Positions 1-8,916 of a stretch of DNA of 64,000 nt are shown here, one piece after another. The DNA lies in the NCBI GenBank assembly GCA_965657355.1, contig CBFHOE010000011.1, forward strand, positions 32,001 through 96,000, in the 5' to 3' direction. Positions within the stretch are counted from its first letter, which is position 1; every line of letters begins with the position of its first letter. Under the pieces are notes generated by a model. That model had not been told where the DNA came from, made no database searches, and was given only the letters and a program-made list of their open reading frames with translations. The translations under genes were made by a program, and so were the position numbers. Origin of the DNA: Limisphaerales bacterium. GTDB taxonomy: Bacteria; Verrucomicrobiota; Verrucomicrobiia; Limisphaerales; JAJOIW01.

Positions 1-5
1 TTGAT

Positions 6-989
6 TTACTTACCAGGGCTTAAGTTGAGCAATGGAAGAATGCCGCTCCCTTCTCCGTCAGTGATGTATTTGTTTCCTGTTTGCTGCATAACTTTTTCCA
101 TTGTCTCCAGATACATGCGCTGGCGGGTGATTTCCGGAGCTTTTTGGTAAGCCTCATAGACAGAAAGGAAACGATTTGCATTACCTTGTGCTTGGTTCAC
201 ACGTTCTATAGCATAACCCCGCGCTTCTTGGATTCTCTGCTGGGCTTCCCCTTTTGCTTTGGGTATCGCTTTCTGATACTCCTGATCTGCTTGATTAACT
301 AATGTTTGCTGTTCTTGCTGAGCTTTGTTTACAGCGTCAAAAGCCGGTTTTACTTCTTCTGGAGGGTTGACGTCCTGGAGAAGAATATTATCGATACTGA
401 CACCCATTTGATATTTGTCACAAAGCAATTGCATTCTCCGTTTTACTTCGGACTGAATTTCAGAACGACCTGTGGTCAAAACTTCAGTAACCAGTCTATC
501 ACCTATGACCTCGCGCATTACCGATTCATTCATCACCCGAAAAGTGGAGGCATGGTTCTTGACCTTGAAAAGATAGTTAGTGGGATCATGGTGGATTTTA
601 TATTGGACTTCCCACTCAACATCAGCGATAGAAAGATCGCCTGTAACAATCAAACTTTCTTGTGGATAATCCTGTCTTTCATATTGGGTCCTTACTCCAG
701 CTCTGGATGTTCTATACCCAAATTCCACTTTTTGCTGAACAGTGACCGCAACTTTTTCAACTGTCTGAATCCCAAATGGTAATTTAAAATGGAGACCTGG
801 ACCCACAGTGTTTGAATATTTTCCAAAAATGAGAACGACACCACGTTCATCCGGCTGAACTTTATACCACGAGGTAATCAAAAGCCCGAAGAATACAAGG
901 AGTCCAAAAATTGGAACGAGAGCCTTTGGAATTGCAACTGGCTCCATTCTTTTAACTTGTGACTGGTCATCATTATCACGGTTGTCCAT
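6..989 (-). CDS. hflK: FtsH protease activity modulator HflK (SPFH/band 7 family)
   Basis: N-terminal TM helix, then 'ERGVVLIFGK..GPGLHFKLPFGI', 'VTGDLSIADVEWEVQY', 'LQDVNPPEEVKPAFDAV', 'APEITRQRMYLETME'. The track start (1037) overlaps the divergent HDAC gene, so ATG 989 or 947 is more likely. Confidence 0.9.
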   Translation of the reverse strand: MDNRDNDDQSQVKRMEPVAIPKALVPIFGLLVFFGLLITSWYKVQPDERGVVLIFGKYSNTVGPGLHFKLPFGIQTVEKVAVTVQQKVEFGYRTSRAGVRTQYERQDYPQESLIVTGDLSIADVEWEVQYKIHHDPTNYLFKVKNHASTFRVMNESVMREVIGDRLVTEVLTTGRSEIQSEVKRRMQLLCDKYQMGVSIDNILLQDVNPPEEVKPAFDAVNKAQQEQQTLVNQADQEYQKAIPKAKGEAQQRIQEARGYAIERVNQAQGNANRFLSVYEAYQKAPEITRQRMYLETMEKVMQQTGNKYITDGEGSGILPLLNLSPGK

Positions 990-999
990 GATGCTAAAT

Positions 1000-1905
1000 A
1001 TGTCAAAAACGATAGGGAACGTCAAATTACCAATCATTTACGATAAAGATTGCGCTGAATACCATCGTGCTGGCCATCCTGAGCGACCACAACGTGTTTT
1101 GGGGACTTCGACATATTTGAGACAACAGAAAAGAATAGCTATTGACTGGATAAAACCTGGATTAGCAAGAACAGAGGATTTAATGCTCGCTCACACAAAG
1201 GGTCATATAAAAAAAGTAGATGAGCCTGAAGAAGATTTTGATGGCGACACGGCGGCCCATGATAGAATTGGAGAACATGCACGCCGATCCGCTGGGGCAT
1301 CGATAAAGGCTCTTGATTGCGCAATGGAGTCAGAATGCAAGAAAGCTTTTTCATTAATGCGTCCGCCGGGTCATCACTCTACCCCAACTCAGGCTATGGG
1401 ATTCTGTTATTTTAGCAATGCAGCGATAGTGGCTTTGTTGGCACAGAAAAAGGAGTATAAAAAAATTGGGATAATTGATTTTGACGTTCATCATGGCAAT
1501 GGCACGGAGGCTGTTGTTCTGAACAAACCGAACATTAGGTTTGCATCAACCCATCAATCGCCATGCTATCCTGGAACGGGCCTTAAAGATGAGGGGAATA
1601 ATTGCTATAATTACCCAATTAAACCTAATACACCCCCAGAGGAGTATATGAAGCGCATCATAGAAGCAATCAACAAAATCGAAGATTTTGATCCCGACCT
1701 ACTTGTGATATCGGCTGGATTTGATGCTTATAAACATGACCCTATAGCGAATGAACTGCTCGACACCAGTGATTTTGAACAAATTGGAAAGATACTTGGT
1801 TCAAATTTCAGTCAACCAAGTATTGGGATATTAGAGGGCGGGTATTCCGACGATCTCCCATTACTGGTGGATGCTTTTTTAAGGGGATGGCTCGATGTAA
1901 ATTAG
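1000..1905 (+). CDS. Histone deacetylase family (Zn-dependent lysine/polyamine deacetylase)
   Basis: Motifs HPERPQR, RPPGHH, GFCYF, DFDVHHGNGT, SAGFD, LEGGY. Start uncertain (982-1000). Confidence 0.92.
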   Translation: MSKTIGNVKLPIIYDKDCAEYHRAGHPERPQRVLGTSTYLRQQKRIAIDWIKPGLARTEDLMLAHTKGHIKKVDEPEEDFDGDTAAHDRIGEHARRSAGASIKALDCAMESECKKAFSLMRPPGHHSTPTQAMGFCYFSNAAIVALLAQKKEYKKIGIIDFDVHHGNGTEAVVLNKPNIRFASTHQSPCYPGTGLKDEGNNCYNYPIKPNTPPEEYMKRIIEAINKIEDFDPDLLVISAGFDAYKHDPIANELLDTSDFEQIGKILGSNFSQPSIGILEGGYSDDLPLLVDAFLRGWLDVN

Positions 1906-3128
1906 TTTTTAACCATTCTCAAATGATAGGCTATTCCGATAAGCCCCAAAATCCAAAAAGACAATGTAATCACGAGAAAAATAATAAGGACCTTATCAAA
2001 CCCGTACCCCAGATTTAATATAAAACTGATAAGACCAGGACCGAGCGCAGTTGAAAACACAGCGAAAGTATTCGCAAAGCTTTTAATTGCTGCAATGTGT
2101 TTTGTTCCATAAATTTCAGGCCAAAGGGCGGAACTGGTGACCCCAGCTAATCCCTGCCCAAGTCCTAGCAAAATGTATAAAAGCCATGGCACCCAAAGAC
2201 CGTTACTAACAATTGGCGCCGCGACAGCAACCGAAACGGGAAAAAGAAAAATACCAAAAATTTTGATGGCTGAATACTTGTCAACAAGAGGGCCAGCAAT
2301 AAGTGAAAAAAGCAATCTTCCTGCTCCAAAACCTATAAAACTTCTAATCATCCAGCCTTGATCCCACCCTTTCCAATCTGCGATTCCCGATTGATTCCAA
2401 ATCAACCCCGTGGCGACCATTGGCAGAACCATCATTGAGGGAGTAAAAAGATAGAAACGGATATCTTTGAGGATCATCCCCCTTGTAAATGCTGGATCAG
2501 AACTTGGCTTGCTATTTTGTGATTCGCCCAGACCAACATCTACAAATTCGTCACGTGGCTGGGCAAGAAATGGAATCCATAGAATAACGAGAAAAATGAC
2601 TAATACTGCGACGACCCACCAAGTCATTCTCCAACCTATCCCTTCAATACAGATGGGAATAAAAAGAGGGAAAACGATTTCACCTAATGAGAATCCAATC
2701 GAAGTAAGGCCCAGGGCTTTTCCTCGATTGGAATAAAACCATCGGATCATAGCAGTTTGAGCAGTAAGCCCCATCATTCCTTGCCCTAAGAACCGAATGA
2801 AAAACAAACAAAAACACCACATGAATGTCCAGTTTGAAAAACTCATTAAGACACATGAAATTACAAGTCCACAAGCAATGATTTTAGTCCCTTTCAAAGA
2901 GGTCGTTTTATCTAAATAGGGACCAACTATGCTAATAGTCACAGCACTCACCAAAGTAGCGGCTGAGTAAGCCACATTATAAAATCCCTCACCAAGACTA
3001 AGAGACTCCCTAAAGTAACTTGAGAACATGGACAAAAAAAATGTCTGCCCAGGACTGGAGAAAAATTTAACTAAAAGGCCAAAAAAAAGTAATCGAGGAA
3101 ATTGCCTTACGAATGAGAAATAATTCAT
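1902..3128 (-). CDS. MFS transporter
   Basis: 408 aa, about 12 hydrophobic segments, motif-A-like 'GPYLDK' and 'GPLVDKYS', plus 'WFYSNRGKALG'. Stop overlaps the HDAC stop (TTAG). Confidence 0.88.
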   Translation of the reverse strand: MNYFSFVRQFPRLLFFGLLVKFFSSPGQTFFLSMFSSYFRESLSLGEGFYNVAYSAATLVSAVTISIVGPYLDKTTSLKGTKIIACGLVISCVLMSFSNWTFMWCFCLFFIRFLGQGMMGLTAQTAMIRWFYSNRGKALGLTSIGFSLGEIVFPLFIPICIEGIGWRMTWWVVAVLVIFLVILWIPFLAQPRDEFVDVGLGESQNSKPSSDPAFTRGMILKDIRFYLFTPSMMVLPMVATGLIWNQSGIADWKGWDQGWMIRSFIGFGAGRLLFSLIAGPLVDKYSAIKIFGIFLFPVSVAVAAPIVSNGLWVPWLLYILLGLGQGLAGVTSSALWPEIYGTKHIAAIKSFANTFAVFSTALGPGLISFILNLGYGFDKVLIIFLVITLSFWILGLIGIAYHLRMVKN

Positions 3129-3266
3129 TTCAGCAAGGCATCAAAGAGTGGTGATAGAAATCCTGGAGTGCGACGCGGTGGCCGTAATGGTAACCAGCAG
3201 ATACTGGACGACGATCCCGGGAGTAAAGATCACAAGACACTAGCTCATTAATTTCCAGGTTAGCGG

Positions 3267-5057
3267 TCAATGATATTCCTGGAGCGCCTTCACCTTATAG
3301 CCAGCTTTTTTAAGAGCTTTTATGCCCTCGATAGCAGCATAAGCCCCGCTTAAAGTTGTCATGATTGTCGTGGCGGTATAGACGGCAGTCGTACGTATGG
3401 TAATTTCGTCAGCTCGAGGGACTTGACCAGAGGGGGTATTAATAACTAGATGCAACTCATTGTTCTTAAGGAGATCAACAACATTAGGACGCCCTTCCTG
3501 GAGTTTGTGAATTCGAGTTACTGGTAATCCTTCATTTTCGAAAACTCTAGCTGTTCCCGATGTTGCGACTAGTTCAAAGCCTAGTTTAGAAAATTCACGC
3601 CCTATTTGAGCTACTTCTTTTTTATGATGATCCGCAACACTAATAAAAACTTTACCGTCCAGTGGTAGCGCAGAACCTGCGGCCATCTGAGATTTGGCAT
3701 ACGCTATACCGAGGTCTTTATCCAAGCCCATGACCTCACCAGTTGATTTCATCTCAGGAGAAAGTAATATGTCCTGGCCACGAAATTTGATAAATGGGAA
3801 AACCGATTCTTTGACCGCTACGTGTTCTGGTGTGATCTCCTCGGTAAATTCCAACTGCTTAAGTGTCTTGCCACTCATGACACGGGCCGCAATTTTAGCC
3901 ATGGGTTTTCCAATGGCTTTGCTGACGAATGGAACAGTTCTCGAGGCACGAGGGTTGACCTCCAAAACATAAACAACCCCATCTTTGACAGCATACTGAA
4001 CATTCATGAGTCCAATGACCTTGAGTTCCCTGGCCATGGCGTATGTGTGCTCTCGAATTTTTTGAATGATATCGTCTTTGAGCGTATGTGGCGGCAATAC
4101 CATCGCAGCGTCCCCAGAATGGACTCCAGCGTATTCAATATGTTCTAACATACCACCTATTACGACATCACCTTGATGTGGGTCATCAAACAAACCAACA
4201 TCACTTATCGCATCAACATCAATTTCGACCGCATCTTCGAGAAATTTATCAACTAGGACAGGACGTTCAGGAGATGCCTCAACAGCCTCTCGCATATATT
4301 GCTTTAGCTCGCTATCTGAGTATACAATTTGCATCGCTCGTCCACCGAGAACAAAACTGGGCCTAACCAAAACAGGATATCCTAATTTTCCAGCTGCCTG
4401 AATAGCCTCTTCTTCATTTGTCGCTAAGCCATTCGGAGGTTGGTTGATCCTAAGCTTTTCGAGCATCTCTGCGAATAGTTCTCTGTCTTCCGCCATTTCG
4501 ATACTTTGCGGAGAAGTCCCGATAATGTTGACGCCATTTTCTTGAAGCCCGAGAGCTAAATTTAAAGGAGTTTGCCCACCGAATTGAGCTATAGCTCCCC
4601 AGCATTTTTCGCTGTGATAAATATTGAGTACATCTTCGAGCGTTAGAGGTTCGAAGTATAATTTATCACTTGTATCGTAATCGGTGGAGACTGTTTCTGG
4701 ATTGGAATTGACCATCACGGTTTCAAAACCATCCTCTCTCAAGGCAAATGAGGCGTGCACACAGCAGTAATCGAATTCAATGCCCTGGCCTATTCTGTTT
4801 GGTCCGCCTCCAAGAATCATAACTTTTTTCTTTTCGGTGGCTTTGATCTCATTTTCCCCATCGTCGTATGAGGAATAATAATAAGGGGTAAAGGCTTCAA
4901 ACTCGGCAGCACAAGTATCCACTAATCGATAACCCGGCACTATCCCATTTTCATGCCTGAAGAGGCGAATTTCTTCCTCACTTTTACCAGTGAGATGGGC
5001 TATTTGTTGGTCGGAAAAGCCAATTTTTTTGGCTTGGGCAATCAGTTCAATGTCCAT
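3267..5057 (-). CDS. carB: Carbamoyl-phosphate synthase large subunit, C-terminal half only (end of oligomerisation domain, second ATP-grasp, MGS domain)
   Basis: 'GFSDQQIA', 'VDTCAAEFEA', 'LGGGPNRIGQGIEFDY', 'NSNPETVSTDYD', 'EVNPRASRTVPFVSKA', 'EMKSTGEVMG', MGS 'ATSGTA'. ATG 5057 gives 596 aa. The N-terminal half is not in the window. Confidence 0.93.
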   Translation of the reverse strand: MDIELIAQAKKIGFSDQQIAHLTGKSEEEIRLFRHENGIVPGYRLVDTCAAEFEAFTPYYYSSYDDGENEIKATEKKKVMILGGGPNRIGQGIEFDYCCVHASFALREDGFETVMVNSNPETVSTDYDTSDKLYFEPLTLEDVLNIYHSEKCWGAIAQFGGQTPLNLALGLQENGVNIIGTSPQSIEMAEDRELFAEMLEKLRINQPPNGLATNEEEAIQAAGKLGYPVLVRPSFVLGGRAMQIVYSDSELKQYMREAVEASPERPVLVDKFLEDAVEIDVDAISDVGLFDDPHQGDVVIGGMLEHIEYAGVHSGDAAMVLPPHTLKDDIIQKIREHTYAMARELKVIGLMNVQYAVKDGVVYVLEVNPRASRTVPFVSKAIGKPMAKIAARVMSGKTLKQLEFTEEITPEHVAVKESVFPFIKFRGQDILLSPEMKSTGEVMGLDKDLGIAYAKSQMAAGSALPLDGKVFISVADHHKKEVAQIGREFSKLGFELVATSGTARVFENEGLPVTRIHKLQEGRPNVVDLLKNNELHLVINTPSGQVPRADEITIRTTAVYTATTIMTTLSGAYAAIEGIKALKKAGYKVKALQEYH

Positions 5058-5195
5058 GGTTTTTGTTTGGCGCGGGAAACACGCACACCTGCTAGGAATA
5101 GCAATTAACCTTATCCTTGTCCCGGAATCAAGAAGTAAGGCTTGAAATATCGGAAAAAATGATTTTTGGAGAAGTGTCAATAGACCGAAAGGAAT

Positions 5196-8100
5196 TCACT
5201 CACCTTCAGTCTCCCTCATTTCACTCAAGCGTTTGTAATAATCGTCGACAAATTTAGAGAATTCAGCGGGAACAGGATCTCTGTCTATAGGAACAAGTGC
5301 GCTATTGTTCTGTCGTTTTAATGCGAGGGCTTCATCCACCATGGATTCCAATTTAAGAATGGGATCAAGAATTTCCATGTTGACCAAATCCCATTGAGGA
5401 TCATTGCCAGTTCTTCGGAATTCCTGCCTGATTTCACGCGCCCGATCATTAAGTTGAGCAGCTTGATCTCTCATGGCTTCATCAAAAACCATGTCCTCGA
5501 CCTCCTCAAGGCTCCGGCTCCATTCTTGAAAATTTTGTCCTGTAAATGGACCCTGCGGAGCTCCTCTATTCCCTCCATCATTAGCAAATCCCTCCCTTTC
5601 CATGAAAAATGGAATGTCTTGGTCCAAGGTATCATTTTGCCCCCCGCCAGGATTTGAATCATTTGTTTCATTTTGATCAGTGGGTGAATTTTGGCTTGTT
5701 CCGGGATTCCGACCACCCCCGCCTCGAGGAGCTTGTCCATTCGGAGATTGCTGCTGCTCACCTCCATTTTGTTCGTCTTTTGTGGGTAGCTGCTGTTGCT
5801 GAGCTATTGGTTGGTTTTCTTGCTGTGCCGCTGCGGCATTAGGATTTTCATTTTCAGATTGTTGAAGGCTTGGCCGGTTCTCTCCGGGCTCAGTATTCTG
5901 TTGATTCACCGAATCAAGCGAGGTGGTGGAAGAATTCTGATTCTGGGCGAGATTTCTGACCTCGTTTTCTACTTCCTCTCTCAGAGAGCGTAATCTATTT
6001 GCGGCCTGTTCGAGCGCGGCTGCCTCATCACCCAAAACTTTTTCAGCAGCCTCCCCTACTCCTTCTACAAGGTTTTCAATTCCTTCTTCTGACTGTTCTC
6101 TAAACTGCTCAGCCATAGGTATGAATCCTCTTTCAACCATTTCCTGAGTTGACTCGAGTGTCTCAGCTAGTTGGTCCTGGCTAGCCTGCCGCAGTGCGTC
6201 GTAAAGGGCCTGCGACAATAGAGGCTCGGCTTCCTCTGACTGCTCACTGATTTCACGCATTGCATCTAGTATCTCGTCCAAATTGTCCTTGTTATCTTGG
6301 AGTTGATTGAGAAGGTCTCGTTCGCTTTGAGAGCCTGCGAGATTTTGAGATTTTTCCTTGCTAGATTGACTTATTTTTTCGGAAATTTCATTTTGATTTT
6401 GTTGGAGTTCTTGGGTCTTTTGAGAGAGTTCACGAATTTGCTCTGTGAATTGGCTAGCTGACCTTTCTCTAAAGTCTTGGCGTAATTGGTCAATAGATTG
6501 CTCAGCTCGAGCGCCTTCGTTTCTCGCCTGAGTGAGCTGGTTTTGCTGCATTGCCTGTTGAGCCTTCTCCATGGCCTCTCGGGTTTGATCCATTTGCTGA
6601 AGGGTTTCTTGCATTTCTCTTGAGGACGATTCGGTTACATCCTGACGTGCATTGTCCAGCTCTTGCATGAGCTCACGTTGTTCTTCTTGCAATTTTTTGA
6701 GTTCGCGTCGAATCCTCTCTTTCTCGTCCTCTGTCTCAGCCGCTCTCAATGCAGCATCGAGTTCCTGGATGCGCTCATTAACATCCAATTGTCTTTGCGC
6801 TAAATCGCGAAGTTTATCAAGCACTTGGGTGCGCGCTTGTTGTTCTTCGGTCTGATTGGATTGTGCTTGTGACTGGGTTTGGTAGTTGTTTTGATTTTGG
6901 TTGAACTCGAGCTGGTCAAGCATGCGCTGGGATCTATTGGCTTGACCTTGCTGGCTTTGCTGAGGGTTTTGATTTCTCGAAACATTCGACTCATCTTCAC
7001 TAAAAATTTTCAATAATTTTTGGAGCGTCTGTGTTTGAACAGGAATTGCAGACCTAAGATTTTTGATTTCTTCTGACTCCAGACTTTCATTTATGAGATC
7101 CAAAGATTTTTCCATCAGGGATTTGGATTCGGCAACCAAATCAGATATTTCCTTACTGGGTGTCAGCTCTTGAACTGCGGCATCCAGTGCTGAGATCAAT
7201 TCCATTTGTGACTCGGCCAAAGTTTCAACCGATTGTCGATATCGACTATTGATTCCTTGTTTAAAAGTATTCCAAGTTGCGGAAATGAGAAGTTTTTGAT
7301 TTTCAATTAAGCTTGCTCCTTGCGCCCCTTGTTGGTCTTGTTGTCCATTTTGATTTTGGTTTTGATTCTGATTTTGGTTCTGGTCTTGATTTTGTCCTTG
7401 TCTCAAGATCTGTTCGAGGCTTTTTACTGAGACAAAATAAATGTCGCTGTAGGACCTGCGCCTACTTCCATTAACGTCGTAATCATCGGCCCAAGCTGCT
7501 ACTGAAACGATGTCACCGGATTGAGAGTTTTTTTGCTCAAAGGAAATTAAGTGATCTATATTACCCTCTTGATAAATATCAATTTCTGTATTTGCTGCGC
7601 TTGGACTTTTGGGATTCGCAAACACAATCTCATCGGAATCAACCCCAGGCCACTCCATTATAATGCCATGACCAAGCAAACCAAAATCATCAGTCACTTG
7701 ACCTGATAATTGCAATTCCTCCAAAGGGGACACTTCAATATCCCGACCAGGTCGTGTCCATTTGAATTCTGGAAATTTATTTTCAATAATTTTTATAGAG
7801 AAATATGATAAAATCTTGTTGTTCCTGCCTTCATTATCAGTGAGAAGGAGTTTATACCTGGCATTTTCTGAAAGCTTAATATTCCAAGTAGCTGATTTGG
7901 GAGCAGATTCGTGAACTGCCAACTCTATTGGCTCTGATTGAATGGATTCCCCGCCTGAAGATGGGCTTATCGGGAAGAGCTGAGCTCTTTTTACTGGGAC
8001 ATTAAAATAAAATTTGTAGTTAAGCTCGGCACCTTCATTAGCCGTAACACTGAGGGTATCTTCGATGAATTCGTCACTTTTACCAAAGTAAGCCGGATAA

Positions 8101-8903
8101 GAAATCGTTGCATCAGCTTTAACTAGGAAGGGGTATTCAAAAACGGACAACTTGAAAGGGCCTTCTTCGGAGTCACCATATTGAATAGTGTATAAAAGAT
8201 CCTCCTCAATTTTGGGAACAGTTATCCCAAAAAATGGATCGCTCAAATTGCGCGCAAGTTCAACTCTATTGGTATTTCCTTGGCTATCAGTCGAATACAT
8301 CCAAACCTCATTCGGAACAACTTGAGAATTAAACCGAGCCATTATCGGCACAGTAGAGCCTCTTTCAACTTGAGCATTTTTAGGAGTAATCTCAACATCA
8401 TATTTAAAACCAACCACCTGCATTTCATTTCCGGTGAAAGCCCCGAAAATGCTACCCCAAACCGGAAACAAAAGCCCCGTGACGAAAACAATGTTTAAAA
8501 GTCTTAACAAGGTGATTTGATCAGGAGATACCAGTGAGTTCCAGGAAGGGCGCGACTGCGCCTCTCGCAACCCATGCCATAGCTTGGATCTGATAAATTC
8601 ATTTATACCATCCACCGATTCTTCGAGTTGCAGAATAGATGTGACTAAATCCCTAATTTCTGGGTTTTTTCTTTCCAACGATCGGCAAAGGGCAAGCATG
8701 CCTGGTTTCCATGATCTATTTTTCAACCAAAAGAAAAATGTTGAAACAAGAGTTACGCCCAAAACCCAGTTCTTTGGAAGCACCCATGACATTAAGATAG
8801 AAATGGCTAATATAATTGATACACCCACCAAGCCACGAAGAGTTCGAGCATCTTTGACTTCTTTATGAAGAATATCCTGTAGTCGCAGTTCTGTATTTTT
8901 CAT
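5196..8903 (-). CDS. Large membrane-anchored protein with beta-rich region and long Q/E-rich coiled coil (DUF4175-like), last gene of the MoxR operon
   Basis: About 3 N-terminal TM helices, 'VTDDFGL' motif, Q/N-rich linkers, C-terminal 'DRDPVPAEFSKFVDDYYKRLSE'. Start moved to ATG 8903, just after the upstream stop. Confidence 0.75.
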   Translation of the reverse strand: MKNTELRLQDILHKEVKDARTLRGLVGVSIILAISILMSWVLPKNWVLGVTLVSTFFFWLKNRSWKPGMLALCRSLERKNPEIRDLVTSILQLEESVDGINEFIRSKLWHGLREAQSRPSWNSLVSPDQITLLRLLNIVFVTGLLFPVWGSIFGAFTGNEMQVVGFKYDVEITPKNAQVERGSTVPIMARFNSQVVPNEVWMYSTDSQGNTNRVELARNLSDPFFGITVPKIEEDLLYTIQYGDSEEGPFKLSVFEYPFLVKADATISYPAYFGKSDEFIEDTLSVTANEGAELNYKFYFNVPVKRAQLFPISPSSGGESIQSEPIELAVHESAPKSATWNIKLSENARYKLLLTDNEGRNNKILSYFSIKIIENKFPEFKWTRPGRDIEVSPLEELQLSGQVTDDFGLLGHGIIMEWPGVDSDEIVFANPKSPSAANTEIDIYQEGNIDHLISFEQKNSQSGDIVSVAAWADDYDVNGSRRRSYSDIYFVSVKSLEQILRQGQNQDQNQNQNQNQNQNGQQDQQGAQGASLIENQKLLISATWNTFKQGINSRYRQSVETLAESQMELISALDAAVQELTPSKEISDLVAESKSLMEKSLDLINESLESEEIKNLRSAIPVQTQTLQKLLKIFSEDESNVSRNQNPQQSQQGQANRSQRMLDQLEFNQNQNNYQTQSQAQSNQTEEQQARTQVLDKLRDLAQRQLDVNERIQELDAALRAAETEDEKERIRRELKKLQEEQRELMQELDNARQDVTESSSREMQETLQQMDQTREAMEKAQQAMQQNQLTQARNEGARAEQSIDQLRQDFRERSASQFTEQIRELSQKTQELQQNQNEISEKISQSSKEKSQNLAGSQSERDLLNQLQDNKDNLDEILDAMREISEQSEEAEPLLSQALYDALRQASQDQLAETLESTQEMVERGFIPMAEQFREQSEEGIENLVEGVGEAAEKVLGDEAAALEQAANRLRSLREEVENEVRNLAQNQNSSTTSLDSVNQQNTEPGENRPSLQQSENENPNAAAAQQENQPIAQQQQLPTKDEQNGGEQQQSPNGQAPRGGGGRNPGTSQNSPTDQNETNDSNPGGGQNDTLDQDIPFFMEREGFANDGGNRGAPQGPFTGQNFQEWSRSLEEVEDMVFDEAMRDQAAQLNDRAREIRQEFRRTGNDPQWDLVNMEILDPILKLESMVDEALALKRQNNSALVPIDRDPVPAEFSKFVDDYYKRLSEMRETEGE
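7328..7400 (-). repeat. Imperfect 6-bp periodic tract encoding (QN)n
   Basis: Plus-strand ttttga/ttttgg/ttctga-type units encode 'GQNQDQNQNQN...GQQDQQ'. Confidence 0.7.
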
Positions 8904-8916
8904 TGCAATGTTTGAT

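Noticed and set aside
81..782. Plus-strand ORFs opposite hflK, and the many similar short antisense or alternate-frame ORFs in the track
   Set aside because: They lie within confident genes and have no recognisable features.
5058..5180. 41-aa N-terminal extension of CarB in the ORF track
   Set aside because: No resemblance to CarB; it is better read as promoter/leader sequence.
7328..7400. (QN)n tract as a phase-variable repeat
   Set aside because: The units are degenerate at codon level and in frame, typical of a low-complexity linker.
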